Shown: piece by piece, positions 8,249 to 16,051 of the stretch
Position numbering within the stretch: position 1 is the first letter of the stretch
Layout: the number at the start of each line of letters is the position of its first letter
NCBI RefSeq assembly: GCF_007748075.1
Contig: NZ_CP036280.1
Coordinates: 1,860,001 to 1,892,000, forward strand
Direction: 5' to 3'
Origin: Mucisphaera calidilacus
Lineage (GTDB): Bacteria > Planctomycetota > Phycisphaerae > Phycisphaerales > Phycisphaeraceae
Length of the DNA: 32,000 nt
Made by a program: the position numbers and the translations under genes
The notes under the pieces: generated by a model
What the model saw: only the letters and a program-made list of their open reading frames with translations
Databases searched by the model: none
What the model was told of the DNA's origin: nothing

Positions 8249-8277
8249 TTGAAGTCTTAGGGAGGTCTGGCTACAAT
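8249..8277 (+). promoter_or_regulatory. Candidate sigma-70-type promoter for rpoZ-coaC (TTGAAG-N17-TACAAT)
   Basis: TTGAAG at 8249-8254, a 17-nt spacer, then TACAAT at 8272-8277, ~30 nt upstream of the rpoZ start. AGGAG Shine-Dalgarno at 8296-8300. This is a sequence match only. Confidence 0.35.
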
Positions 8278-8307
8278 ACACGGTCCGCTGAAAACAGGAG
8301 CTACCCC

Positions 8308-8523
8308 TTGATCGAAGCCCTTAAGGACGATGCCGTTATCAACCAGCTCGGTGGCCGCTTCAAGTTCACCGCACTGGTTCAGCAACGTGTCCGCGAGCTG
8401 ATGGATGGCGCACGCCCGCTCGTCGAGCGTCAGGGACGCAGCGACATCGAGATCGCCGTCGCCGAGATCGTCGAGGGCAAGATCACCCTGGGCCTGGCGT
8501 CGTCCGAAGACGACGAAGCCTGA
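8308..8523 (+). CDS. rpoZ: DNA-directed RNA polymerase subunit omega (probable)
   Basis: 71-aa ORF with a TTG start 7 nt after AGGAG. The core GRFKFTALVQQRVRELMDG resembles the omega NRF-x-L-V-x-x-A-x-x-RA-x-QL helix. It sits directly upstream of coaC, as in the common rpoZ-coaBC arrangement. Good coding periodicity. Confidence 0.55.
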   Translation: MIEALKDDAVINQLGGRFKFTALVQQRVRELMDGARPLVERQGRSDIEIAVAEIVEGKITLGLASSEDDEA

Positions 8524-8541
8524 CCCACCGGATCCACCGAC

Positions 8542-9156
8542 ATGAACGACGGGAACCCCCCTGCCCCGCCTCAGGAACCCGACGCGTCCGCGTCGCCCCT
8601 GTCAGGCCGCAGGGTGCTGCTCGCCGTCACGGGCGGGATCGCAGCCTATAAAGCAGCCTCGCTCGCCTCGGCACTGGTCAAGGCGGGCACCGAACTCCGT
8701 GTTGTCATGACCGAGTCGGCCCAGCGGTTCATCGGCCCGACCACCTTCGCCTCGCTCTCGGGACGCCCGGTCATCACCTCGATCTGGCAGACCGACGACC
8801 GCCCCGACGCCCAGCACGTCGCCGTCGCCCGCGACGCCGACCTCATGGTCATCGCCCCCGCCACGGCGAACACGCTCGCCAAGATCGCGGCCGGGCTCTG
8901 CGACGACCCCGTCTCACTCGCCGCCTCCGCCCTGCCCGCCGGCACGCCGCTGGTGATCGCCCCCGCGATGAACGCCGACATGTGGGCCAACCCCATCAAC
9001 CAGCGGAACCTCAAGACCCTGCGCGAGTACCTGCCCGGCCTCTCGATGGTCGATCCCGAATCGGGCTGGCAGGCCTGCCGCACCGAGGGCCGCGGGCGCA
9101 TGGCCGAACCCGAGACCATCCTCCTGCACGTCACCGAACGCCTGTCTCAGGCTTAG
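8542..9156 (+). CDS. coaC: Phosphopantothenoylcysteine decarboxylase (flavoprotein, CoaC domain only)
   Basis: 204-aa ORF with RVLLAVTGGIAAYKAASLASALVKAG...VVMTESAQRFIGPTTFASLSG...MVIAPATANTLAKIAAGLCDD...PAMN..MW. No CoaB (synthetase) half follows. Confidence 0.85.
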   Translation: MNDGNPPAPPQEPDASASPLSGRRVLLAVTGGIAAYKAASLASALVKAGTELRVVMTESAQRFIGPTTFASLSGRPVITSIWQTDDRPDAQHVAVARDADLMVIAPATANTLAKIAAGLCDDPVSLAASALPAGTPLVIAPAMNADMWANPINQRNLKTLREYLPGLSMVDPESGWQACRTEGRGRMAEPETILLHVTERLSQA

Positions 9157-9620
9157 ACAAGCTCGCGTTCGACCTTCCAGCCGAAGCCCTTGCGGTTATC
9201 GATCCACCGAATCCATCCGGGCGTGAAGCGCCAGAAGGCCTGCTTCTCCAGCATCACCTTGAACTGGGGATCGACCGCGACGAACGGGAACTTCGCCGTG
9301 TAAGCCTCCCACGCCGCGTTGAGTGAGGCGTTGTCGGTGATCCGCTCGGCCCGCCCACGCATCTGCACGCCATGGATCCCCTGCGGCCGGTCGTCATGCC
9401 CGTAGACCGTGACCGCCACGTGCGTCGACTGTTCGATGTCAACGCTGTGCTCCGACTGAGGCGAGGACACCCAGACCAGATTCATCCCCCCGTCGGTCGC
9501 GTACTGGACGTTCGCCGCGTGCGGCTCGCCCTGCTCGCCCACCGTCGCCAGCGACGCCGTCCGGCAGGCCGCCAGAAACACACTCACTTCCTGAATCACG
9601 TCGAAGTCGGGCATCTGCAT
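9153..9620 (-). CDS. Pyridoxamine 5'-phosphate oxidase family (FMN-binding split-barrel) protein
   Basis: 155-aa ORF with ASLATVGEQGEPHAANVQYA...LVWVSSPQSEHS...HVAVTV...GVQMRGRAE, the typical PNPOx-like barrel pattern. Its stop overlaps the coaC stop convergently (TTAG at 9153-9156). Confidence 0.7.
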   Translation of the reverse strand: MQMPDFDVIQEVSVFLAACRTASLATVGEQGEPHAANVQYATDGGMNLVWVSSPQSEHSVDIEQSTHVAVTVYGHDDRPQGIHGVQMRGRAERITDNASLNAAWEAYTAKFPFVAVDPQFKVMLEKQAFWRFTPGWIRWIDNRKGFGWKVERELV

Positions 9621-9629
9621 ATCTACAGC

Positions 9630-10877
9630 CTAGAGCAGCGGCCCCACGCGTTCCACCACCCGCTCAACATCTTCACGCGACGGGAAGGCGCTCACGCGCA
9701 CGAAACCCTCGCCCGCAGGCCCCATCCCCGCCCCGGGCGTCACGACCACGTGCGCCTCACGCAGCAGGTGATCGAAGAACCCCCAGCTGTCCATGCCATC
9801 GGGCGTCCCGACCCACAGATACGGCGCGTTCTCGCCGCCGTGCACGCTCAGCCCCGCCGCACGGATCGCAGCGCCGAGCAATCGCGCGTTCTCCAGGTAG
9901 TAGGCCGCGCGCTCGCGCACCTGCGCCTTGCCCGCGTCGCTGTAGAGCGCCTCCGCCGCCCGCTGGACGATGTAGCAGACCGAGTTGAACTTGGTGCGCT
10001 GCCGACGCAGCCAGAGCGGGTTGAGCTGGACCCGATCATCCGCCGCCGTCTTCGCCGTCAACGCCTTGGGGATCACGCAGTAGCCGCAACGCGTGCCCGT
10101 GAACGCGGCGCTCTTGGAATAGCTGCGCATCTCGATCGCACACTCGGCCGCGCCGTCGCACTCGAAGACCGAGTGCGGGACCGCCGGGTCCGTGATGAAC
10201 GCCTCGTACGCCGCATCAAAAAACAGCAGCACGTCACGCTCGCGGGCCCAGTCGACCCACGCCTGCAGCGCTTCCTTGCCGATCGCCGCGCCGGTCGGGT
10301 TGTTCGGATAACAGAGGTAGACAACGTCGACCGGCTCCGTCGGCTTGGGCGGGTCGAACCCATTGTCGGGCGTCATCGCCAGGTAGAGCAGGCCCTCGTA
10401 CCCGCCGCCCTCCAGCCCCGCGCCGGTGTTGCCCGCGATCACGTTGGTGTCGACGTAGACCGGATAAGCCGGGTCGGTGATCGCCATCCGGTTCACCCCG
10501 CCGCTCGCGAGCAGGTCAAGGATGTTGGCGCAGTCCGACTTCGCACCGTCCGAGATGAACACCTCGTCGAACGCGATATCACACCCGCGTGACCGGAAGT
10601 CGTGCTCGGCGATCGCCTCGCGCAGCCAGTCATACCCGACGTGCTGGGCGTAGCCGTGGAAGCTGTCGGCCGAAGCCTGCTCGTCCACCGCCTTGTGCAT
10701 CGCCTCGACACACGCCGCCGGCAGCGGCTGGGTCACGTCGCCCAGACCCATCTTGATGATCGGCTTGTCGGCGACCGCCCCGGCGTGCTCCTGCGTGTAC
10801 GCCTCCACCCGACGGGCGATCTCGGGAAACAGGAACCCGCTCTGGAGCTTCAGGAAGTTCTCGTTCACACGTGCCAT
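9630..10877 (-). CDS. dapL: LL-diaminopimelate aminotransferase
   Basis: 415-aa ORF. The N-terminus MARVNENFLKLQSGFLFPEIARRV is highly characteristic of DapL, and the PLP-lysine region reads SYSKSAAFTGTRCGY. Its ATG overlaps the alaS stop by 1 nt. Confidence 0.9.
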   Translation of the reverse strand: MARVNENFLKLQSGFLFPEIARRVEAYTQEHAGAVADKPIIKMGLGDVTQPLPAACVEAMHKAVDEQASADSFHGYAQHVGYDWLREAIAEHDFRSRGCDIAFDEVFISDGAKSDCANILDLLASGGVNRMAITDPAYPVYVDTNVIAGNTGAGLEGGGYEGLLYLAMTPDNGFDPPKPTEPVDVVYLCYPNNPTGAAIGKEALQAWVDWARERDVLLFFDAAYEAFITDPAVPHSVFECDGAAECAIEMRSYSKSAAFTGTRCGYCVIPKALTAKTAADDRVQLNPLWLRRQRTKFNSVCYIVQRAAEALYSDAGKAQVRERAAYYLENARLLGAAIRAAGLSVHGGENAPYLWVGTPDGMDSWGFFDHLLREAHVVVTPGAGMGPAGEGFVRVSAFPSREDVERVVERVGPLL

Positions 10878-13720
10878 CAGCCGCCTACTTTCTCGGCCAC
10901 GAATGCCCGGGCCGCCTCGACCGCCTCGTCCGCCTTGCCCGGGTCACGCCCGCCGGCCTGCGCCATGTCCGGCCGCCCGCCCCCGCCGCCGCCCACGACC
11001 GGAGCGATCGCCTTGACCCAATCGCCCGCCTTGAGGCCCTTGCCGATCAGGTCCTTCGGCACCGCCGCGAGCAGCGCCACCTTCTCCGCGCCGACACCCA
11101 CGAGCATCATCGGACTCGCCGGCAGCTTGCTCCGTACGACGTCCATCGCCGTCCGCAGCGCGTTGGCATCGGCCCCCTCGATCTTAGCGACCACCGGCTC
11201 TCCGTCGATCGACGAGTCCGCCAGCGCACGGGCCACGTCGGCCACCGCCGACGCCGCCTCCTTCGCCTGCTCCTTCTGCGCCGCCTTAAGCGCGTCCTGA
11301 AGCGACGCCAACTTCTCCCGCACCGACTGCTTGATCACCAGCGGGATCACAGCCGACTCCAACTCCTTGCCGAACTCCGGCAGCGCCTCCGCCAGCCTCG
11401 CCGCCGGCGCACCCTCCAGGCTCTCGACACGGTTCCGCAGCATCTCGCCCGTGCTCTGGGCACGATGCCCCGCCTCGCCCGTCAGCCCCGTCAGGCGACG
11501 AATCCCCTTGGCCACGTTCTCCTCGCTCAGGATCACAAAGCCCTGCGCCTCGCCCGTCTGACGCAGGTGCGTCCCGCCGCAGAACTCGATGCTCAGCCTC
11601 GCCCACTCCGCCTTCTTCGGCTCCGCGAGCAACGCCCCGAGGTCCGCGCCGATCGACACCACCCGCACCCGAGGCGGGTACTTCTCGCCGAACACCGCCC
11701 GCAGGCCGTTGATCCTCAGCGCCGCCTCCTGATCCGCCACCTCCGCGTAGACCGGCAGGTCCGCCGCGATGTCATCGTTCACCTGCTTCTCGACCGCCGC
11801 CACCTGCTCCAGCGACACCGGCCCGTCATTCGAGAAGTCGAACCGCAGCTTCTCGTCGTCCACCAGCGACCCGCGCTGCATCGCCTCCTCGTTTACCAGG
11901 TCACGCAACGCACGATTCAGCACGTGCGTCGTCGTGTGGTTCGCCATGATCTTCCGACGACGCTCCTCGTCCACACGCATCACGATCGGCCGCGCCTCAT
12001 CCAGTCGCTGCGCCAGCGTCGGCTCCGTCACGACTCCGATATGGAACCACACGCCGCCGATCTTCTGCGTGTCCTCGACACGCATCGCGGCGCCGCACTG
12101 ACACGCGATCGTCCCCGTGTCCCCCACCTGACCGCCCGCCTCGCCGTAGAACACCGTGCGCTCGGTCACCAGCACCACGCGGTCCCCCGCCACGGCCTGC
12201 TCCACGGCCGACAACCCGTACTCGGCCATCGCGAACAGCCACCGCTTGGACTGATGCTCCGCGTCCGCCGTCCCGTCGATCGCCACCGCCTCATAACCGA
12301 GGAAATCGGTATCCGGTAGGTCATGCTTCTGCACCAGCTCGATCAGGTGCTGCTTGAGGTCCGCCGTACCCGCCTCGCCACGCGACACGTCGGCGTGCTT
12401 CGCCTTCGCCCGCTCGTAACCCTCCAGGTCGACCGTCAGGCCGCGCTCCTCCGCCATCACCTGCGTCAGCGAAATCGGGAACCCGTAGGTCGCTTCGAGG
12501 TCGAAGGCCGTGTCACCCGGCAGCGTCTGCCCGTTCTTCAAACCCTCGGTCGCCTTGTCGAAGATCCCGATCCCCCGCTCCAGCGTCCGCCGGAACGAAA
12601 TCTCCTCCTCCTTCAGCTCCGCCTCGATCGCCGCCGGGTTCTTCGTAATCTCCGGGAACGCCGCGCCCATGTGCTCCACCACCGCCGGCACGAGCTTGTA
12701 GAGAAACGGTTCCTCCACGCCCAGCGTCTGGTGGCCGAAACGCACCGCCCGACGCAAAATCGTCCGCAGCACAGCGTCACGCGCCTTGTTCCCGCAGTGC
12801 GCCCCGTCCGCCAGCGCGAACGTCAGGCAGCGCACGTGGTCGGCGATCACGCGGTACGCCACGTTGATCGGGTCTCTCAGCGGGCCCTCCGAACCGCCCG
12901 GCTCGTACGCACGCCCGTATCCCGTCGCCTTCTGGATCGCCTCGAACAAAGGCCCGAAGACGTCGGTATCGTAGTTGCTGTCCTTGCCCTGAAGCACACG
13001 CACGATGCGCTCGAAACCCATCCCCGTATCGACGTGCCGCGCCGGCAGCGACTCGAGTTGGCCGCCCGCCGTCCGGTTGAACTGGATAAAGACCAGGTTC
13101 CAGATCTCGATCACGTCCGGGTTGTCGGCGTTCACGAGCCGACCGCCCTGCTTGTCCGCCGTCCCGTCGTAGTGCAACTCCGAACAGGGCCCGCACGGAC
13201 CGACGTCGCCCATCTCCCAGAAGTTGTCCTTCTTGTTGCCCGGGTGGATGCGCTCCTCCGGCAGGTAACGCCCCCACAGCGCCTTCGCCTCGAGGTCCGG
13301 CTCCAGCCCCTCCGCCTCGTCACCCTCGAAGTACGTCGCGTGCAGCCGCTCGGGGTCCAGCCCCCACTGATCCACCAGCAGCTCCCACGCCCACGCGATC
13401 GCCTCCGCCTTGAAGTAATCCCCGAACGACCAGTTGCCCAGCATCTCGAAGAACGTGTGGTGGTAGGTGTCCTTGCCCACGTCGTCGAGGTCGTTGTGCT
13501 TGCCCCCCGCGCGGATGCACTTCTGCGTGTTCGCGGCCCGCTTCGACTCGGGCTCCTCCGTGCCCAGAAAATAGGGCTTGAACTGGTTCATGCCCGCGTT
13601 GGCAAACAGCAGCGTCGGGTCGTCATGCGGCACCACCGGCGACGACACCACGTTGCGGTGGCCGTGCTTCTCCACGAAAAACCGCACAAACTGCTCGCGT
13701 ATCTCAGAACTGGTCAACAT
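10877..13720 (-). CDS. alaS: Alanine--tRNA ligase
   Basis: 947-aa ORF with MLTSSEIREQFVRFFVEKHGH, FANAGMNQFKPYFLG, RAGGKHNDLDDVG, the editing-domain HTTTHVLN and CGGTH motifs, and a C-terminal DHHA1-like GGGGGGRPDMAQAGG. Confidence 0.95.
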   Translation of the reverse strand: MLTSSEIREQFVRFFVEKHGHRNVVSSPVVPHDDPTLLFANAGMNQFKPYFLGTEEPESKRAANTQKCIRAGGKHNDLDDVGKDTYHHTFFEMLGNWSFGDYFKAEAIAWAWELLVDQWGLDPERLHATYFEGDEAEGLEPDLEAKALWGRYLPEERIHPGNKKDNFWEMGDVGPCGPCSELHYDGTADKQGGRLVNADNPDVIEIWNLVFIQFNRTAGGQLESLPARHVDTGMGFERIVRVLQGKDSNYDTDVFGPLFEAIQKATGYGRAYEPGGSEGPLRDPINVAYRVIADHVRCLTFALADGAHCGNKARDAVLRTILRRAVRFGHQTLGVEEPFLYKLVPAVVEHMGAAFPEITKNPAAIEAELKEEEISFRRTLERGIGIFDKATEGLKNGQTLPGDTAFDLEATYGFPISLTQVMAEERGLTVDLEGYERAKAKHADVSRGEAGTADLKQHLIELVQKHDLPDTDFLGYEAVAIDGTADAEHQSKRWLFAMAEYGLSAVEQAVAGDRVVLVTERTVFYGEAGGQVGDTGTIACQCGAAMRVEDTQKIGGVWFHIGVVTEPTLAQRLDEARPIVMRVDEERRRKIMANHTTTHVLNRALRDLVNEEAMQRGSLVDDEKLRFDFSNDGPVSLEQVAAVEKQVNDDIAADLPVYAEVADQEAALRINGLRAVFGEKYPPRVRVVSIGADLGALLAEPKKAEWARLSIEFCGGTHLRQTGEAQGFVILSEENVAKGIRRLTGLTGEAGHRAQSTGEMLRNRVESLEGAPAARLAEALPEFGKELESAVIPLVIKQSVREKLASLQDALKAAQKEQAKEAASAVADVARALADSSIDGEPVVAKIEGADANALRTAMDVVRSKLPASPMMLVGVGAEKVALLAAVPKDLIGKGLKAGDWVKAIAPVVGGGGGGRPDMAQAGGRDPGKADEAVEAARAFVAEKVGG

Positions 13721-13824
13721 CGTCGGTTCCTTCCAATCGGGTCGCGAGTATATCGGTCACCGCCCCGCAGCGGTTGCTCGGGGCCCGCGCACCCCGCTCC
13801 GCCCTCGCCTGCTAGACTGCCAGC

Positions 13825-15069
13825 ATGCCTTCAGTCTGCCTCTATTTTCAGGTTCATCAGCCCGAGCGACTCCGTCGGTACTCCGTCTTCGACGCCGAGG
13901 CGAACTACTTCGACCCCGCCCGCAACGCCGAGATCCTCCGCAAGGTCGCCGCCAAATGCTACCTGCCCGCCACGCAGGTGCTCCTCGAGCAGATCAACCG
14001 CCACGACGGCGCCTTCCGCGTCGCCTTCTCCCTCACCGGCACCATCATCGAGCAGTTCCAGCAGTACGCGCCCGACGTCATCGACCGCTTCCGCAAGCTC
14101 GCCGAGACCGGCTGCGTCGAGTTCCTCGCCGAAACCGCCAACCACTCGCTCGCCTTCCTCTACAGCCGCGACGAGTTCATGGAACAGGTTGAGATCCACG
14201 CCGACCTCGTCGACCGTCTCTTCAACCAGCGCCCCACCGTCTTCCGCAACACCGAACTCATCTACAACAACGACCTCGCCGCCGCCGCCGCCGAGATGGG
14301 ATTCCGAGGCGTCATCGCCGAGGGCGCCGACGGCCCCCTCAACCAGCGGACACCCAACAACGTCTACCGCCCGCCCCACGGCGACATCGGCATCCTCCTC
14401 AAGAACTACAAGCTCTCCGACGACATCGCCTTCCGCTTCTCCAACACCAACTGGGCCGAGTACCCCCTCACCGCCGCCAAGATGGCCCGCTGGATCCACC
14501 AGCTCGGCACCTGCCCCGAGGGTCAGCAGCCCCCGCCCGGTCCCGCCGCCGAACGACCCGCCCAGCTCTGCAACCTCTTCATGGACTTCGAGACCTTCGG
14601 CGAGCACCAGTGGTCCGAGACCGGCATCTTCGAGTTCCTCCGCGAATTCCCCAAGGCCGTCCTCGAAACCGGCGACACCTTCATGGTCCCCACCGAGGCC
14701 GTCGACGCCTACCCCCCCGACGACGTCTACGACTGCCCCCAGATGACCTCATGGGCCGACTCCGAACGCGACCTCTCCGCATGGGTCGGCAACGCCATGC
14801 AGTCCTCCGCACTCCACGAGCTCTACCGCCTCGGCCAACGCATCAAAGAAGCCGAAAGCGAACAGCTCCTCGCACTCTGGCGACGACTCACCACCTCCGA
14901 TCACTTCTACTACATGGCCACCAAGTACCACGGCGACGCCGCCGTCCACGACTACTTCTCCCCCTACCAGTCACCCTACGACGCCTACATCAACTTCATG
15001 AACGTCCTCGACAACCTCCGCGCCCGCGTCGAGGCCGCCGCGCCGGCCGAAAAACTCGCCGCCGAGTAG
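13825..15069 (+). CDS. Glycoside hydrolase family 57 protein (alpha-amylase-like)
   Basis: 414-aa ORF with the GH57 N-terminal signature CLYFQVHQPERLRRY, then NTELIYNNDL and FMDFETFGEHQW blocks. Very strong C-ending codon periodicity. Confidence 0.85.
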   Translation: MPSVCLYFQVHQPERLRRYSVFDAEANYFDPARNAEILRKVAAKCYLPATQVLLEQINRHDGAFRVAFSLTGTIIEQFQQYAPDVIDRFRKLAETGCVEFLAETANHSLAFLYSRDEFMEQVEIHADLVDRLFNQRPTVFRNTELIYNNDLAAAAAEMGFRGVIAEGADGPLNQRTPNNVYRPPHGDIGILLKNYKLSDDIAFRFSNTNWAEYPLTAAKMARWIHQLGTCPEGQQPPPGPAAERPAQLCNLFMDFETFGEHQWSETGIFEFLREFPKAVLETGDTFMVPTEAVDAYPPDDVYDCPQMTSWADSERDLSAWVGNAMQSSALHELYRLGQRIKEAESEQLLALWRRLTTSDHFYYMATKYHGDAAVHDYFSPYQSPYDAYINFMNVLDNLRARVEAAAPAEKLAAE

Positions 15070-16051
15070 CCATAGTGCCGAGACATGCACAACATGAACT
15101 CCAAGGAAGCGCACGAATCTAGAACCATTACTGACCTGACGCGTAGAAATATAATCGACGATATACGAGTCTCGAAGATTGATTGGTCTGGCCGACTTAA
15201 TGAGGACGACTTTTTGTCAAGGCTATATCCGCTCGATGATATGCCCTCAACAGATCAACGCTTCAACAGTGCCCTATATGACATCCGTACACATCGGATC
15301 ACTTTCGAGGATTGGGATGAGGATTGGGTGTTCGACGATCCTAGATTCGAACTAAGGTGGGGTGATGATAGCAAGCTACTTGCTTTTCTCTGCGAAATGG
15401 TCAATCCCATGGTTCGAAACGATAAGAATGAAGTGGCTGAGCTCGTAGAGAAGTTCAACGACCACCTAAGACCGGACGGATGGCAGTTGATACCTGCTAC
15501 TGAGATCTCTGGAAGACCAGTCTTTGCCCCACGGCGTCTCACCAACATCACGCCAGCGGGTCTGTCAGCAGCCTCGGAAGCGGCTGAGTTACTTGACAGT
15601 GAGTACATTCAAGTACAGATAACTCGAATGCAAACTTCCATAGAATCCGATCCCGAGCTGGCTATCGGATCAGCCAAGGACTTTCTGGAGACTATCTGTA
15701 AGACGGTTAACAGTAAATGTGGCTCATCACCTAAGGCTGATGGCTTCCCTGCATTAGTAAGATGTGCTTTAGATCAGGTGAGTTTTGATCTGGAAGGTGT
15801 AGAGAATCCCAAACGAGCTGAAGAATCAATCAGGCGACTAGTTGGAAACCTCAGCGGTGTAGGCAAGGCTGTTTCGGAAGTCAGGAATACAGTCGGTTCC
15901 GGACATGGGAAGCACGCTGGAGCATTAAACCCTAGTTCAATCTATGCCCGTCTTGTAGTAGGTTCAGCAATCACTCTTGGCGTATTTTTATTTGAATCGA
16001 TTCTACGCGGTGAAGACCCAGCCATGATTACTGATGGCTAAGCACTAAACC
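15070..16051. other. Low-GC (about 40%) horizontally acquired single-gene islet
   Basis: Hand count of 15121-15180 gives 24/60 G+C, versus roughly 65-70% on both sides. The composition changes abruptly at the GH57 stop (15069) and the ubiD stop (16052). Host-rare codons (AGA, ATA, TTA, CTA) are frequent. Confidence 0.75.
15085..16041 (+). CDS. Abortive-infection-type protein: AbiJ-like N-terminal domain fused to a C-terminal Abi_C/HEPN domain
   Basis: 318-aa ORF. The N-terminal half (ITDLTRRNIIDD...WSGRLNEDDFLSRLYPLDDMPSTDQRF...EDWDEDWVFDDPRFEL...FLCEMVNPMVR...DGWQLIP..EISGRPVF) resembles AbiJ-NTD (NTD3/4-type) domains. The C-terminal half (LAIGSAKDFLETICKTV ... EVRNTVGSGHGKH ... ) resembles Abi_C, with an Rx6H HEPN motif (R267..H274, nt 15883-15906). 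No Shine-Dalgarno is visible, and an alternative ATG lies at 15094. Confidence 0.7.
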   Translation: MHNMNSKEAHESRTITDLTRRNIIDDIRVSKIDWSGRLNEDDFLSRLYPLDDMPSTDQRFNSALYDIRTHRITFEDWDEDWVFDDPRFELRWGDDSKLLAFLCEMVNPMVRNDKNEVAELVEKFNDHLRPDGWQLIPATEISGRPVFAPRRLTNITPAGLSAASEAAELLDSEYIQVQITRMQTSIESDPELAIGSAKDFLETICKTVNSKCGSSPKADGFPALVRCALDQVSFDLEGVENPKRAEESIRRLVGNLSGVGKAVSEVRNTVGSGHGKHAGALNPSSIYARLVVGSAITLGVFLFESILRGEDPAMITDG

